In this document: positions 53,099 to 62,905 of the stretch, in pieces
Position numbering within the stretch: the first letter of the stretch is position 1
How the letters are laid out: each line of letters opens with the position of its first letter
DNA from: Thiobacillus sp.
Lineage (GTDB): Bacteria > Pseudomonadota > Gammaproteobacteria > Burkholderiales > Thiobacillaceae
NCBI GenBank assembly: GCA_020057245.1
Contig: JAGVGD010000175.1
Span: forward strand, 10,353-74,352
DNA length: 64,000 bases
Reading direction: 5' to 3'
Translations under genes and position numbers: made by a program
The notes under the pieces: generated by a model
Database searches by the model: none
Told to the model about the DNA's origin: nothing
What the model saw: only the letters and a program-made list of their open reading frames with translations

Positions 53099-53461
53099 AT
53101 GCAGGACATCAACAAACTGATTGCGCAGGAAAACGGCGATGCATCGATGCGCGGCCATCTCGTCGAGCTGGATTCATGGTCGGAAGAACAGGCCATCGCG
53201 CTGGCGAAGCAGGATGGTCTGGAACTCAGCGACGATCATCTGGCCATCATCCGCTATCTGCGCGACTGCTATGCCGACCACGGCGGCACGATCAATGCCC
53301 GCATGCTGGCGCATACGCTGGAAGAGGAATTTTCCGGCCTGGACGGTCACCGTTATCTCTACACCCTGTTCCCACTGGGGCCGGTAGCCCAAGCTTCCCA
53401 CTATGCTGGCTTGCCGATCCCGCCGGGTACCCGCGACCCGTCATTCGGCACCACGCATTGA
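53099..53461 (+). CDS. TusE/DsrC-family paralog lacking C-terminal cysteines
   Basis: WSEEQA..LA..DGLELSDDH..IIRYLR, YLYTLFP.GPV.QA..AGLP; AAGGAG RBS. Confidence 0.85.
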   Translation: MQDINKLIAQENGDASMRGHLVELDSWSEEQAIALAKQDGLELSDDHLAIIRYLRDCYADHGGTINARMLAHTLEEEFSGLDGHRYLYTLFPLGPVAQASHYAGLPIPPGTRDPSFGTTH

Positions 53462-53468
53462 ACCAGCC

Positions 53469-54536
53469 TCAGTCGATTTCCTGTACGGCAACCCGGGCCG
53501 CCAGCGCACACAGCAACTCATAGCTACTGGTGTGGGCGGCGGCGGCCACCGAATCTACCGACAGCCCCTCACCCCACAGTTCGACCGGCGTCCCGACCCC
53601 GGCGTCGGGGCATTCGCTCAAATCCACGCTCAGCATGTCCATCGACACCCGCCCAAGCGTGCGGCTGAGACGGCCGTTGACCAGAATCGGCGTGCCGGTC
53701 GGCGCGTTGCGCGGATAGCCGTCGGCGTAGCCGCACGCCACCACCCCCACCCGCATCGCCTGCTCGGCCCGATACAACTGGCTATAACCCACGCCCTCGC
53801 CGGGTTGCACCCTCTGCACGCTAATGATTTCAGAGTGCACGCTCATCGCCGGCCGCAAGCCCAATTGGCTGGCAGGCACCTCGGCAAAGGGCGACGCACC
53901 ATACAACATCAGCCCCGGACGCACCCAGTCGCCCTGCGTAACGGGATAACGCAGCAGCGCCGCAGAATTGGCGCTGCTCCAGGGTAAGTTGTAGTCGGCC
54001 ATTTCACCCAGGAATGGCTGCAATTGCCAGTCCACCCCGGCCGCCTCGTCCGCCTGCGCAAAATGCGTCATCAGGGTGACGCCGGCCACGCCGGGCAGAC
54101 TGCGCGCACGCGCGACGATGGCGGCATGAGCCGCAAGCGGAAATCCCAGCCGATGCATGCCGCTATCGAATTTGAGGAACACCTGGAGCGGACGGGCGGG
54201 CGGCAAACGCTGCAACCAGTCGAGCTGCGCAGCATGGTGCAGCACCGGCCACAAATCCAGTTCGGCGCAGGTCGCCACTTCGTCTGCGCCAAACAGGCCT
54301 TCGAGCAGCAGGATGGGCTGTTGCACGCCCATCAGCCGCAGATTGGCGGCTTCTTCCAGGGTCAATACGGCAAATCCGTCGGCGGCAGCCAGTGCCCGCC
54401 GCGCGCGCGACAACCCATGGCCATACGCATTCGCCTTGACCACGGCAAATACGCGCGCCGCTCCGGCATGGTCACGCGCCACGCGCAGGTTGTGCGCCAG
54501 CGCACCAAGGGAAATTCGCGCCTGGATGGGCCGCAT
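53469..54536 (-). CDS. alr: Alanine racemase (start at MRPIQA)
   Basis: AVVKANAYGHG, SGMHRLG, MTHFA, GYADGYPR, GRVSMDM. Confidence 0.96.
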   Translation of the reverse strand: MRPIQARISLGALAHNLRVARDHAGAARVFAVVKANAYGHGLSRARRALAAADGFAVLTLEEAANLRLMGVQQPILLLEGLFGADEVATCAELDLWPVLHHAAQLDWLQRLPPARPLQVFLKFDSGMHRLGFPLAAHAAIVARARSLPGVAGVTLMTHFAQADEAAGVDWQLQPFLGEMADYNLPWSSANSAALLRYPVTQGDWVRPGLMLYGASPFAEVPASQLGLRPAMSVHSEIISVQRVQPGEGVGYSQLYRAEQAMRVGVVACGYADGYPRNAPTGTPILVNGRLSRTLGRVSMDMLSVDLSECPDAGVGTPVELWGEGLSVDSVAAAAHTSSYELLCALAARVAVQEID

Positions 54537-54540
54537 GGGT

Positions 54541-55941
54541 TTAATAGGAGCCGGGCTGCGCCAGCGATTCGAAGCGCGTGTATTCGCCGATGAAAGCCAG
54601 CCGCACCGTACCGATCGGGCCGTTACGCTGCTTGCTGATGATGATCTCGGCCGTGCCCTTGTCCTGAGTGTCGGGGTTGTAGACCTCGTCGCGGTAGATG
54701 AACAGGATGACGTCGGCATCCTGCTCGATGGCGCCCGATTCACGCAGGTCGGACATCACCGGACGTTTGTTGGGACGTTGCTCCAGGCCCCGGTTCAACT
54801 GCGACAATGCGATTACCGGCACCTGCAACTCCTTGGCCAGGCCTTTCAGTGCGCGCGAGATTTCTGAAATTTCTGTTGCCCGGTTTTCGTTGCCGCCGCC
54901 GCTGCCGCTGCCCGACATCAGTTGCAAATAGTCGATCACGATCAGGCCCAGCTTGCCGCACTGGCGCATCAAGCGCCGCGCACGCGCGCGCAGCTCCAGC
55001 ACATTGAGCCCGGGCGACTCGTCGATGAAGATCGGCGCCTCGTTGAGCTTGCCGAGCGCATACGTGAGCCGCTGCCAGTCGTCCTCGCCCAGCTTGCCGG
55101 TACGCAAGCGATGCTGGTCCAGCTTGCCCACCGAACCGATCATCCGCATGACCAGTTGCGCGCCGCCCATTTCCATCGAGAACACCGCCACCGGCAAGCC
55201 GGTATCCAGCGCCACGTTTTCGGCGATATTGATCGAAAATGCGGTCTTGCCCATCGATGGGCGCCCGGCGACAATCACCAGATCGCCTGGCTGCAGGCCC
55301 GAGGTTTTCTGGTCCAGATCGTGGAAACCGGTCGGCACGCCGGTGATGCCCGAGTCGTTGTCGCGGTGATACAACTCGTCGATGCGTTCGACGACTTCTT
55401 TCAGCAGGGGTTTGATTTCGACAAAGCCCACTTGCCCGCGGCTACCCGATTCGGCAATCTCGAATACCTTGGCTTCGGCCTCGTCGAGCAATTGCGAGGC
55501 GCTGCGCCCGCCGGGCGAATAGGCGGTATCGGCAATGCCGGTCGCCACCTCGGCAAGACGGCGCATCACCGAACGCTCGCGCACGATTTCGGCATAGCGG
55601 CGAATATTGGCGGCTGACGGCGTATTGCTTGCCAGCGCCACGATATAGGCGAGTCCTCCCACGCTTTCCAGCTGCCCCATCGACTGCAGCGCCTCCGCTA
55701 CCGTCACCGCGTCGGCCGGCCGGTTTTCCGCAATCTGCCGCACGATTGCACGCAGGATCTGGCGATGATCCTGACGATACAAGTCGCTTTCCGACACCAC
55801 ATCGCCAATCCGGTCCCACGCGCTGTTGTCGAGCAGCAAGCCACCCAGCACGGCCTGCTCGGCTTCCAGCGAATGAGGCGGCAAGCGCATTTGCGCCAGC
55901 TGCGGATCGGAACTTGCGGATAAGGGATAGATAGTGGCCAT
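54541..55941 (-). CDS. dnaB: Replicative DNA helicase
   Basis: PPHSLEAEQAVLG, AGRPSMGKT, IDYLQLM, SDLRESGAIEQDAD, KQRNGP; no intein. Confidence 0.98.
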   Translation of the reverse strand: MATIYPLSASSDPQLAQMRLPPHSLEAEQAVLGGLLLDNSAWDRIGDVVSESDLYRQDHRQILRAIVRQIAENRPADAVTVAEALQSMGQLESVGGLAYIVALASNTPSAANIRRYAEIVRERSVMRRLAEVATGIADTAYSPGGRSASQLLDEAEAKVFEIAESGSRGQVGFVEIKPLLKEVVERIDELYHRDNDSGITGVPTGFHDLDQKTSGLQPGDLVIVAGRPSMGKTAFSINIAENVALDTGLPVAVFSMEMGGAQLVMRMIGSVGKLDQHRLRTGKLGEDDWQRLTYALGKLNEAPIFIDESPGLNVLELRARARRLMRQCGKLGLIVIDYLQLMSGSGSGGGNENRATEISEISRALKGLAKELQVPVIALSQLNRGLEQRPNKRPVMSDLRESGAIEQDADVILFIYRDEVYNPDTQDKGTAEIIISKQRNGPIGTVRLAFIGEYTRFESLAQPGSY

Positions 55942-55986
55942 CGCAGGATTTTAGTCTTCGCGCCTACGCCGACCAAGGGATAAGCC

Positions 55987-55995
55987 TGTGGATAA
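55987..55995 (-). promoter_or_regulatory. Consensus DnaA box upstream of dnaB
   Basis: TTATCCACA on minus strand; 1-mismatch box TTATCCGCA at 55915-55923. Confidence 0.65.
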
Positions 55996-56014
55996 GGGGT
56001 GAACGGTACGGTAT

Positions 56015-56044
56015 AAAAAAAGGGAGCCATCGGCTCCCTTTTTT
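56015..56044. terminator. Terminator after rplI (bidirectional shape)
   Basis: A7-GGGAGCC-ATC-GGCTCCC-T6. Confidence 0.88.
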
Positions 56045-56061
56045 CGACATGCCCGGCGTGC

Positions 56062-56511
56062 TTACTGCTCGCCGACCACCACCACCATGATGTTGGCAGT
56101 GACATCGGTATGCAATGCCAGCACCACGTTGAACTCGCCGATCGACTTGAGCGGACCATCGGGCAGGCGTACATCCGCCTTGGCAACATGATGGCCTTGC
56201 GCTTTCAGTGCGTCAGCAATGTCTGCATTGGTAATGGAACCGAACAGGCGGCCATCCACACCGGCTTTCTGGCTGATTTTAACGCTGAAGCCTTCCAGCT
56301 TCTCGCCGCGGCTCTGCGCGTCGGCAAGCTTCTCGGCAGCAACTCGCTCAAGTTCGGCTTTCTGTGCCGCAAACGCATCCATGTTGGCCTGCGTGGCACG
56401 ACGTGCACGGCCGCTGGGGATCAGGAAATTACGGGCATAGCCATCCTTGACCTTGACCACATCGCCCAGATTGCCCAGGTTGACGACTTTATCCATCAGA
56501 ATGATTTGCAT
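56062..56511 (-). CDS. rplI: 50S ribosomal protein L9
   Basis: [32 protein letters not shown]. Confidence 0.98.
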   Translation of the reverse strand: MQIILMDKVVNLGNLGDVVKVKDGYARNFLIPSGRARRATQANMDAFAAQKAELERVAAEKLADAQSRGEKLEGFSVKISQKAGVDGRLFGSITNADIADALKAQGHHVAKADVRLPDGPLKSIGEFNVVLALHTDVTANIMVVVVGEQ

Positions 56512-56521
56512 GGTCGTCTCC

Positions 56522-56812
56522 TTAGTGCAGGTTGGTGTAAGGCATCAGCGCCAGGAAGCGCGCACGCTTGATCGCAGTGCCGAGCTGACGCTGGTAATGC
56601 GCCTTGGTGCCGGTGATGCGTGCCGGGATGATGCGGCTGTTTTCAGCGATGAATTCCTTCAGCACTTCGATGTCCTTGTAGTCCACCTCGACGACCTTGT
56701 CGACGGTGAAGCGACAGAACTTGCGACGCTTGAAGAGACCACGATTGCCGCTATCGCGACCCCCTTTTTTGGCGAACTTGCCGCCTGATTTACCACCCAT
56801 GGGACGTGCCAT
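56522..56812 (-). CDS. rpsR: 30S ribosomal protein S18
   Basis: [34 protein letters not shown]. Confidence 0.98.
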   Translation of the reverse strand: MARPMGGKSGGKFAKKGGRDSGNRGLFKRRKFCRFTVDKVVEVDYKDIEVLKEFIAENSRIIPARITGTKAHYQRQLGTAIKRARFLALMPYTNLH

Positions 56813-56814
56813 GA

Positions 56815-57105
56815 TTATTCCTTTTCGATTCGATTCAATATCAAGATCAGCTGTCGGCTGTTCACACTGCGTCTATTCATTGCGCCTTCCAGTTTGACAA
56901 GCGACCCTACGGTGAGCTTTGTGAGCTGACTTGCCAGCGAGCCACTCGCCTGCACCGTCAATTCGCATTCCACCTGCCGAGGCTGGGTGGCAAGTGTCTG
57001 ACTGCTGCGGTGATGAACCACCGCTTCGGCAATCGGCACGCCAGCCGGGCTGTAACGCAAAGGGTCAATCTGGATAAGCGCTCCGCTGATGACCAGCCTA
57101 TTCAC
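56815..57105 (-). CDS. priB: Primosomal replication protein N
   Basis: [19 protein letters not shown]; rpsF-priB-rpsR order. Confidence 0.92.
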   Translation of the reverse strand: MNRLVISGALIQIDPLRYSPAGVPIAEAVVHHRSSQTLATQPRQVECELTVQASGSLASQLTKLTVGSLVKLEGAMNRRSVNSRQLILILNRIEKE

Positions 57106-57109
57106 TCAT

Positions 57110-57508
57110 TCAGGCTTCGGCGGGCTGCTCGGCGGCGACTTCTGCCTTAACCGATTCAGGCTTGGCGCCCTCCATCATGTCGCGCGATTTTTCTTCCTTC
57201 ATCATCGGCGATGCCGTGGTTTCGGCAGCTTTACGCTTGATGGTCAGATGGCGCAGCACGGCATCGTTGAACTTGAAGCCATGATCGAGTTCGTCCAGGG
57301 TTTCCTGGTCGCACTCGATGTTCATCAGCACGTAATGCGCCTTGTGAATTTTCTGGATCGGGTAAGCCATCTGACGGCGGCCCCAGTCTTCCAGACGGTG
57401 AATGCTGCCGCCGCGCGTGGTGATATTGGCGCGATAGCGTTCGATCATGGCGGGCACCTGCTCGCTCTGATCCGGATGAACGATAAATACGATTTCATAA
57501 TGCCGCAT
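57110..57508 (-). CDS. rpsF: 30S ribosomal protein S6
   Basis: [40 protein letters not shown]. Confidence 0.98.
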   Translation of the reverse strand: MRHYEIVFIVHPDQSEQVPAMIERYRANITTRGGSIHRLEDWGRRQMAYPIQKIHKAHYVLMNIECDQETLDELDHGFKFNDAVLRHLTIKRKAAETTASPMMKEEKSRDMMEGAKPESVKAEVAAEQPAEA

Positions 57509-57558
57509 TAATATTCCTTTCGGTTAAGCCCCCCGCTGCGGTGCGGTGGAGCAAGGTT
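57509..57558 (-). ncRNA. S6:S18 ribosomal protein leader (autoregulatory RNA)
   Basis: Minus strand CCTTGC...GC-rich hairpin...AA-CCG-AAAGGA before ATG; CCTT can pair with the SD and the CCG motif is typical of this leader. Confidence 0.65.
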
Positions 57559-57589
57559 AACTTGGCCAAGGCTAAAAATCGCCCCAGTC

Positions 57590-57650
57590 AAAAAGCAATC
57601 CCCGGCAAACCGGGGACTGCGCATATTACGCTTTTCGCCTGATTAATCAA
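57590..57650 (-). promoter_or_regulatory. Putative rpsF promoter overlapping the decarboxylase terminator
   Basis: TTGATT-N16-TAATAT-GCGCAG, then GCAGTCCCCGG-TTTG-CCGGGGATTGC-T5. Confidence 0.6.
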
Positions 57651-59905
57651 GCACACGGGTCATCGACAGCGAGTACGCAGTCGACGTAATACTTGCCTTC
57701 GTCTCCATTCTCGACCAGACCGTGCACATCTGTTTCGAAACCAGGGAAACGCCCGTTGAAATCACGGGTGAATTGCAGATAGCGAACAATGGTGGCATTG
57801 AAGCGCTCGCCCGGGATCAGTAAGGGAATGCCGGGAGGATAAGGGGTCACCAGCATGGCGGTGATGCGGCCTTCGAGCTTGTCGATTTCAACGCGCTCGA
57901 TTTCCCGGTGCGCCATCTTGGCAAAGGCATCGGCCGGTTTCATTGCCGGATCCATCTCCGACAAGTACATTTCGGTGGTCAGACGGGCGACATCGTTTGC
58001 CTTGTAGACCGTATGGATCTGGTCGCACAGCTCTTTCAAACCGGTTCGTTCATAGCGTGGGTGCTTGACGACGAACTCCGGCAGCACGCGCCACAACGGC
58101 TGGTTCTGGTCGTAATCCGACTTGAACTGCTGCAGGGCGGTCACCAGCGTATTCCAGCGGCCTTTGGTGATGCCGATGGTGAACATGATGAAGAATGAAT
58201 ACAGCCCGGTTTTTTCGACGATGACGCCGTGTTCGGCCAGGTATTTGGTCACGATCAGCGCCGGAATGCCGGAGTCGGCAAACGCGCCATCCACATCCAG
58301 CCCCGGGGTGATGAGCGTGGCCTTGATCGGGTCGAGCATGTTGAAGCCGGGTGCGATATCGCCGAATTCGTGCCAGCGGTCGTTGGCGGTGAGCATCCAG
58401 TCGTCGCGCTCGCCGATGCCTTCCTCGGCAAAGTCGTTCGGTCCCCACACCTGGAACCACCAGGAGTCGCCGAATTCGCCATCGACCTTGCGCATGGCGC
58501 GGCGGAAGTCGAGCGCCTCCTTGATCGACTCCTCGACCAGCGCAGTGCCGCCGGGCGGCTCCATCATCGCTGCTGCAATGTCGCACGAGGCGATGATCGC
58601 GTACTGCGGGCTGGTCGACATGTGCATCAGATAGGCTTCATTGAAGCGATGGAAATCGAGTTTGCGGTTCTTCGCGTCCTGCACCAGGATCTGCGAAGCC
58701 TGGCTCAAGCCAGCCAGCAGCTTGTGGGTCGACTGGGTCGCGAATACCAGCGCATTTTCGGCACGCGGCCGGTCCTTGCCGATGGCGTGCATGCCGCGAT
58801 AAAAGTCGTGGAAGGTCGCATGCGGCAGCCAGGCTTCGTCGAAATGCAGGGTATCGACAGTGTCGCCCAGCAGCTCCTTGATCATGTCGACGTTATACAG
58901 AATGCCGTCGTAGGTCGATTGCGTGATCGTGAGAATGCGCGGGCCGCCTTTGGCGTGCTTGGCGAAGGGATGCGCGGCAATCTTGCGCGCGATGTTTTCC
59001 GGGCGGAATTCGTCCATCGGAATCGGTCCGATGATGCCGTAGTGGTTACGCGTCGGTGTCAGGAAAATCGGGATCGCGGCGCACATGATGATCGCGTGCA
59101 GGATCGATTTATGACAATTGCGGTCGACCACCACGATGTCCCCTGCCGCGATGTTGGCGTGCCACACCATCTTGTTCGACGACGAAGTGCCATTGGTCAC
59201 GAAAAACAGGTGGTCGCAGTTGAAAATCCGCGCCGCGTTGCGCTCGGAAGCCGCCACCGGACCGGTGTGGTCGAGCAGCTGACCGAGTTCATCCACCGCA
59301 TTGCAGACGTCGGCACGCAGCAGGTTCTCGCCAAAAAACTGGTGGAACATCTGGCCGATCGGCGACTTCAGGAAGGCCACCCCGCCCGAGTGACCGGGAC
59401 AGTGCCAGGAGTACGAGCCGTCGGCAGCGTAATGGGTCAGCGCGCGGAAAAACGGCGGCACCAGCGAATCGAGATAGGTGCGCGCTTCGCGCAGGATATA
59501 GCGCGCAAGAAACTCCGGCGTGTCTTCCAGCATGTGGATGAAGCCGTTGAGCTCACGCAGGATGTCGTTGGGAATGTGACGCGCGGTGCGGGTTTCGCCG
59601 TGCAGGAAGATCGGGATTTCGGCATTGCGGAAGCGCACTTCCTCGACGAATGCGCGCAACTTCTGCAGCGCAGCCTGGGCATCTTCCGCACTCCCCGCGA
59701 GTTCCTCGTCGTCGATCGACAGCACAAAGGCCGAGGCGCGAGCCTGCTGCTGCGCGAACGAAGTCAGGTCGCCATAATTGGTGACGCCGAGCACTTCGAT
59801 GCCTTCTTTCTCAATGGCGTCAGCCAGCGCGCGAATACCCAGACCCGAGGCATTCTCGGAACGAAAATCTTCGTCAATGATGACGACGGGAAAACGAAAG
59901 CGCAT
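57647..59905 (-). CDS. Ornithine/lysine/arginine decarboxylase (fold I, wing domain); substrate not determinable here
   Basis: HCPGHSGG, FVTNGTS, DRNCHKS, HFDEAW, PLP lysine STHK, PYPPGIP. Confidence 0.93.
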   Translation of the reverse strand: MRFRFPVVIIDEDFRSENASGLGIRALADAIEKEGIEVLGVTNYGDLTSFAQQQARASAFVLSIDDEELAGSAEDAQAALQKLRAFVEEVRFRNAEIPIFLHGETRTARHIPNDILRELNGFIHMLEDTPEFLARYILREARTYLDSLVPPFFRALTHYAADGSYSWHCPGHSGGVAFLKSPIGQMFHQFFGENLLRADVCNAVDELGQLLDHTGPVAASERNAARIFNCDHLFFVTNGTSSSNKMVWHANIAAGDIVVVDRNCHKSILHAIIMCAAIPIFLTPTRNHYGIIGPIPMDEFRPENIARKIAAHPFAKHAKGGPRILTITQSTYDGILYNVDMIKELLGDTVDTLHFDEAWLPHATFHDFYRGMHAIGKDRPRAENALVFATQSTHKLLAGLSQASQILVQDAKNRKLDFHRFNEAYLMHMSTSPQYAIIASCDIAAAMMEPPGGTALVEESIKEALDFRRAMRKVDGEFGDSWWFQVWGPNDFAEEGIGERDDWMLTANDRWHEFGDIAPGFNMLDPIKATLITPGLDVDGAFADSGIPALIVTKYLAEHGVIVEKTGLYSFFIMFTIGITKGRWNTLVTALQQFKSDYDQNQPLWRVLPEFVVKHPRYERTGLKELCDQIHTVYKANDVARLTTEMYLSEMDPAMKPADAFAKMAHREIERVEIDKLEGRITAMLVTPYPPGIPLLIPGERFNATIVRYLQFTRDFNGRFPGFETDVHGLVENGDEGKYYVDCVLAVDDPCA

Positions 59906-59974
59906 GGCGTAACCCTTGTAAGGCCGAAAGAAAAGCGCGGATTGTACGGCCTGAAGGTTAAATCTTTGCCGGCT

Positions 59975-60541
59975 TCAGATTTTGGGCAGGGTGACGCCCA
60001 TCTGACCCTGGTATTTCCCGCCACGATCCTTGTACGAGGTTTCGCATATCTCGTCGGATTCCAGGAACAGCATCTGCGCCACGCCCTCGTTGGCGTAAAT
60101 ACGCGCAGGCAGCGGCGTGGTATTGGAAAACTCCAGCGTCACGTGGCCTTCCCACTCGGGTTCGAGCGGCGTCACGTTGACGATGATGCCGCAACGCGCA
60201 TAGGTGCTCTTGCCCAGACATATTGTCAGTACGCTGCGTGGAATGCGGAAATATTCCACGGTACGCGCAAGCGCGAACGAGTTCGGCGGGATGATGCAGG
60301 AATCGCCCTTGACCTCGACGAAAGAATTCGGGTCAAACGCCTTGGGGTCGACAATCGTGCTGTTGATGTTGGTGAACAGCTTGAATTCGTCCGCACAGCG
60401 CACGTCGTAGCCATAGCTGGACGTGCCGTAGGAAACAATCGAGCGGCCGCCGACCGCCTTGACTTGACCGGGTTCAAAAGGCTCGATCATGCCGTGATCC
60501 GTCGCCATGCGACGGATCCAGCGGTCGGACTTGATACTCAT
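59975..60541 (-). CDS. dcd: dCTP deaminase
   Basis: [37 protein letters not shown]. Confidence 0.97.
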   Translation of the reverse strand: MSIKSDRWIRRMATDHGMIEPFEPGQVKAVGGRSIVSYGTSSYGYDVRCADEFKLFTNINSTIVDPKAFDPNSFVEVKGDSCIIPPNSFALARTVEYFRIPRSVLTICLGKSTYARCGIIVNVTPLEPEWEGHVTLEFSNTTPLPARIYANEGVAQMLFLESDEICETSYKDRGGKYQGQMGVTLPKI

Positions 60542-61629
60542 CAGGTATTGGAAATGACAATGTTGGGGAACTTGGCGGAGTGGTCCACGGCGGTTTCGCC
60601 GATTTTCACCGCCACGCGACGCGCGATCTGCTTGTAGATTTCGGTGACGCGGCCATCCGGATCCGACACCACGGAAGGCCTGCCGGAATCGGTATCGGCA
60701 CGGATCGCGCCGTCAAGCGGCAGGGCGCCGAGGAACTCCACGCTGTAGTCCTTGCACATGCGCTCGCCGCCGCCTTCGCCGAAGATGCGCTCTTCGTTGC
60801 CACACTTGGAACAGATGTGCAGGCTCATGTTCTCCACCACGCCGATGATCGGAATACCGACCTTCTCGAACATTTTCAGGCCCTTGCGCGCGTCGATCAG
60901 GGCGATGTCCTGCGGCGTGGTGACGATCACTGCGCCGGTCACCGGCACGCGCTGTGCCAGTGTCAGCTGGATGTCACCGGTGCCAGGCGGCAGGTCGACC
61001 ACCAGATAATCGAGGTCTTTCCAGTTGGTGTTGTTGAGCAACTGTTCCAGTGCCTGGGTGACCATCGGGCCACGCCACACCATCGGGGTTTCGACGTCGA
61101 TCAGGAAGCCAATCGACATCGCCTGGATGCCATGGCCAATCAACGGGTCGAGGTTCTTGCCGTCGGTCGACTCGGGCTTGTCGGTAATGCCGAGCATGGT
61201 CGGCTGCGACGGGCCGTAGATATCGGCATCCAGCATGCCGACGCTTGCGCCTTCGGCTGCGAGCGCCAATGCCAGATTGACGGCGGTGGTCGATTTGCCG
61301 ACGCCACCCTTGCCGGAGGCTACTGCGATGATGTTCTTCACATTGGGAATCAGCTTCACGCCGCGCTGCACGCTGTGCGACACGACCTTGAAACTGACGT
61401 TGGCGGTTGCGCTGGTCACGCCGTCGATGGCCTTGATGCCGTCTTCGACTTGCTGCTTGATGCTGCCCAGCTGGCTCTGCGCGGGGTAGCTCAACAGGAT
61501 GTCGAGCGAAACGGCGCCGCCGTCGATCTTGATGTTGCGGGCCGATTTGGTCGAGACGTAATCCTTGTGGGTATTGGGATCAATCAAGGCTTGCAGTGCG
61601 GTGTGCACCTGAGATTCGGTAACGGCCAT
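60541..61629 (-). CDS. apbC: Fe-S cluster carrier ApbC/Mrp
   Basis: [36 protein letters not shown]. Confidence 0.96.
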   Translation of the reverse strand: MAVTESQVHTALQALIDPNTHKDYVSTKSARNIKIDGGAVSLDILLSYPAQSQLGSIKQQVEDGIKAIDGVTSATANVSFKVVSHSVQRGVKLIPNVKNIIAVASGKGGVGKSTTAVNLALALAAEGASVGMLDADIYGPSQPTMLGITDKPESTDGKNLDPLIGHGIQAMSIGFLIDVETPMVWRGPMVTQALEQLLNNTNWKDLDYLVVDLPPGTGDIQLTLAQRVPVTGAVIVTTPQDIALIDARKGLKMFEKVGIPIIGVVENMSLHICSKCGNEERIFGEGGGERMCKDYSVEFLGALPLDGAIRADTDSGRPSVVSDPDGRVTEIYKQIARRVAVKIGETAVDHSAKFPNIVISNT

Positions 61630-61796
61630 ATTTGCTCCAGCGGGTTGTTTATAAGTAATCGCTCATTTTAACGAATTCCGCCGGATTAGGTAGGACTCAA
61701 TTCCAGAGGTTCATAGAAAATGCGCGGGATTCCATGGCGTTTGCATGGACATTCACGGTTTTTATCGAGCTTGAACGAAAGGCTCGCTGAGTCGGA

Positions 61797-62159
61797 TCAG
61801 CGAGGTTCGACGTAATGTGCGACGAGCACGGCCTCGGGCACATTGAGGCGGATTGCCGCAGCCAGTTCGCTGATCGCGCCATGTCGTGGGCGCAGCGATA
61901 TCCATAACAGATTCAATTTCAGGTTGAGGTCGGCAAACACCACATCCTGATGCCGGCTCAAAATCGACTGAATCCGCAACGAAACCCGTTCGATCTCGAT
62001 GGGCGGGCGGCTGCGCAAGCGCGGAATCAACATCATGAAATCGGTCAGGCGCTGTCCGGTGCTGTCGTGGGTAGGCGCGATTTGCCACAGCGGCAATCCG
62101 GGCTCGGTTTCCGGATTGACGCTCAGTGTGGTTGACGCATAGGCACAGATCTTCATCAC
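61797..62159 (-). CDS. Conserved hypothetical protein
   Basis: GGAGG RBS; PLWQIAPT..G..LTDFMMLIP.L, VVFADLNLKLNLLWIS, VPEAVLVA; 16 nt downstream of rppH. Confidence 0.75.
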   Translation of the reverse strand: MMKICAYASTTLSVNPETEPGLPLWQIAPTHDSTGQRLTDFMMLIPRLRSRPPIEIERVSLRIQSILSRHQDVVFADLNLKLNLLWISLRPRHGAISELAAAIRLNVPEAVLVAHYVEPR

Positions 62160-62175
62160 GCCTCCGCAAGAGGAG

Positions 62176-62730
62176 TCAGGGCTTGAGCTGCAAATCCAGT
62201 ACTACTTCACGTCGGTCGCCCGGACGGCGTGGATGCTGTGGGCGTATATGACGCACATCCTTGTGCAGGAAGCGTTCCAGCTCCTCCAGCGCAAGCCGAT
62301 ACACCTCCCGCTTGAAGTCGACCACAGCATCGGTCGGAACCCAGTACTCGTTCCAGCGCCAGGCGTCGAACTCGGGATGACTGCTGGCGCGCAGCGCCAC
62401 ATCGCAATCGCGCCCGGTCAATCGCAGCAAGAACCAGATCTGCTTCTGACCACGATACAGGCCGCGATTGTCACGCCGGGTCCAATGCGCGGGCACGTCG
62501 TAACGCAACCACTCACGCGTACGTCCCAAAATGCGGACATGCTTGGGCAACAGCCCTACTTCTTCTTGCAATTCCCGGAACATGGCCTGTTCCGGCGTTT
62601 CTCCGGCGTTGATGCCGCCTTGGGGAAACTGCCAGGCGTGCTGATTAACGCGCTTGCCCCAGAAAACCTGGTTATTCGCATTGCACAGGACAATGCCTAC
62701 GTTCGGGCGGTAACCTTCTCGGTCGATCAT
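62176..62730 (-). CDS. rppH: RNA pyrophosphohydrolase
   Basis: [20 protein letters not shown], Nudix box [15 protein letters not shown]. Confidence 0.96.
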   Translation of the reverse strand: MIDREGYRPNVGIVLCNANNQVFWGKRVNQHAWQFPQGGINAGETPEQAMFRELQEEVGLLPKHVRILGRTREWLRYDVPAHWTRRDNRGLYRGQKQIWFLLRLTGRDCDVALRASSHPEFDAWRWNEYWVPTDAVVDFKREVYRLALEELERFLHKDVRHIRPQHPRRPGDRREVVLDLQLKP

Positions 62731-62905
62731 GGCCGCCACCATCTGTAAAGTTTGATTAACTGCATTCTTTCACACCCGCCGGAAAATGCAAACCGGACGC
62801 GGCGCGAAATTCGCCGTTAATCATTGTTTATATTGAACTAAATGCTAGAAGCCCGATTGACTAGACCTTACTCACCGAAGACAGCTTGCTTGCTGCCCAC
62901 GGGCG

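Noticed and set aside
55915-56044. DnaA boxes as a replication origin
   Set aside because: One perfect box only, no AT-rich unwinding element, no dnaA/gidA context
58229-60637. 802-aa + strand ORF, and similar long ORFs such as 10462-12003, 36993-38789, 49670-51337, 4470-5939
   Set aside because: Antisense shadows of well-supported genes; high-GC codon bias removes stops on the opposite strand; no recognisable motifs
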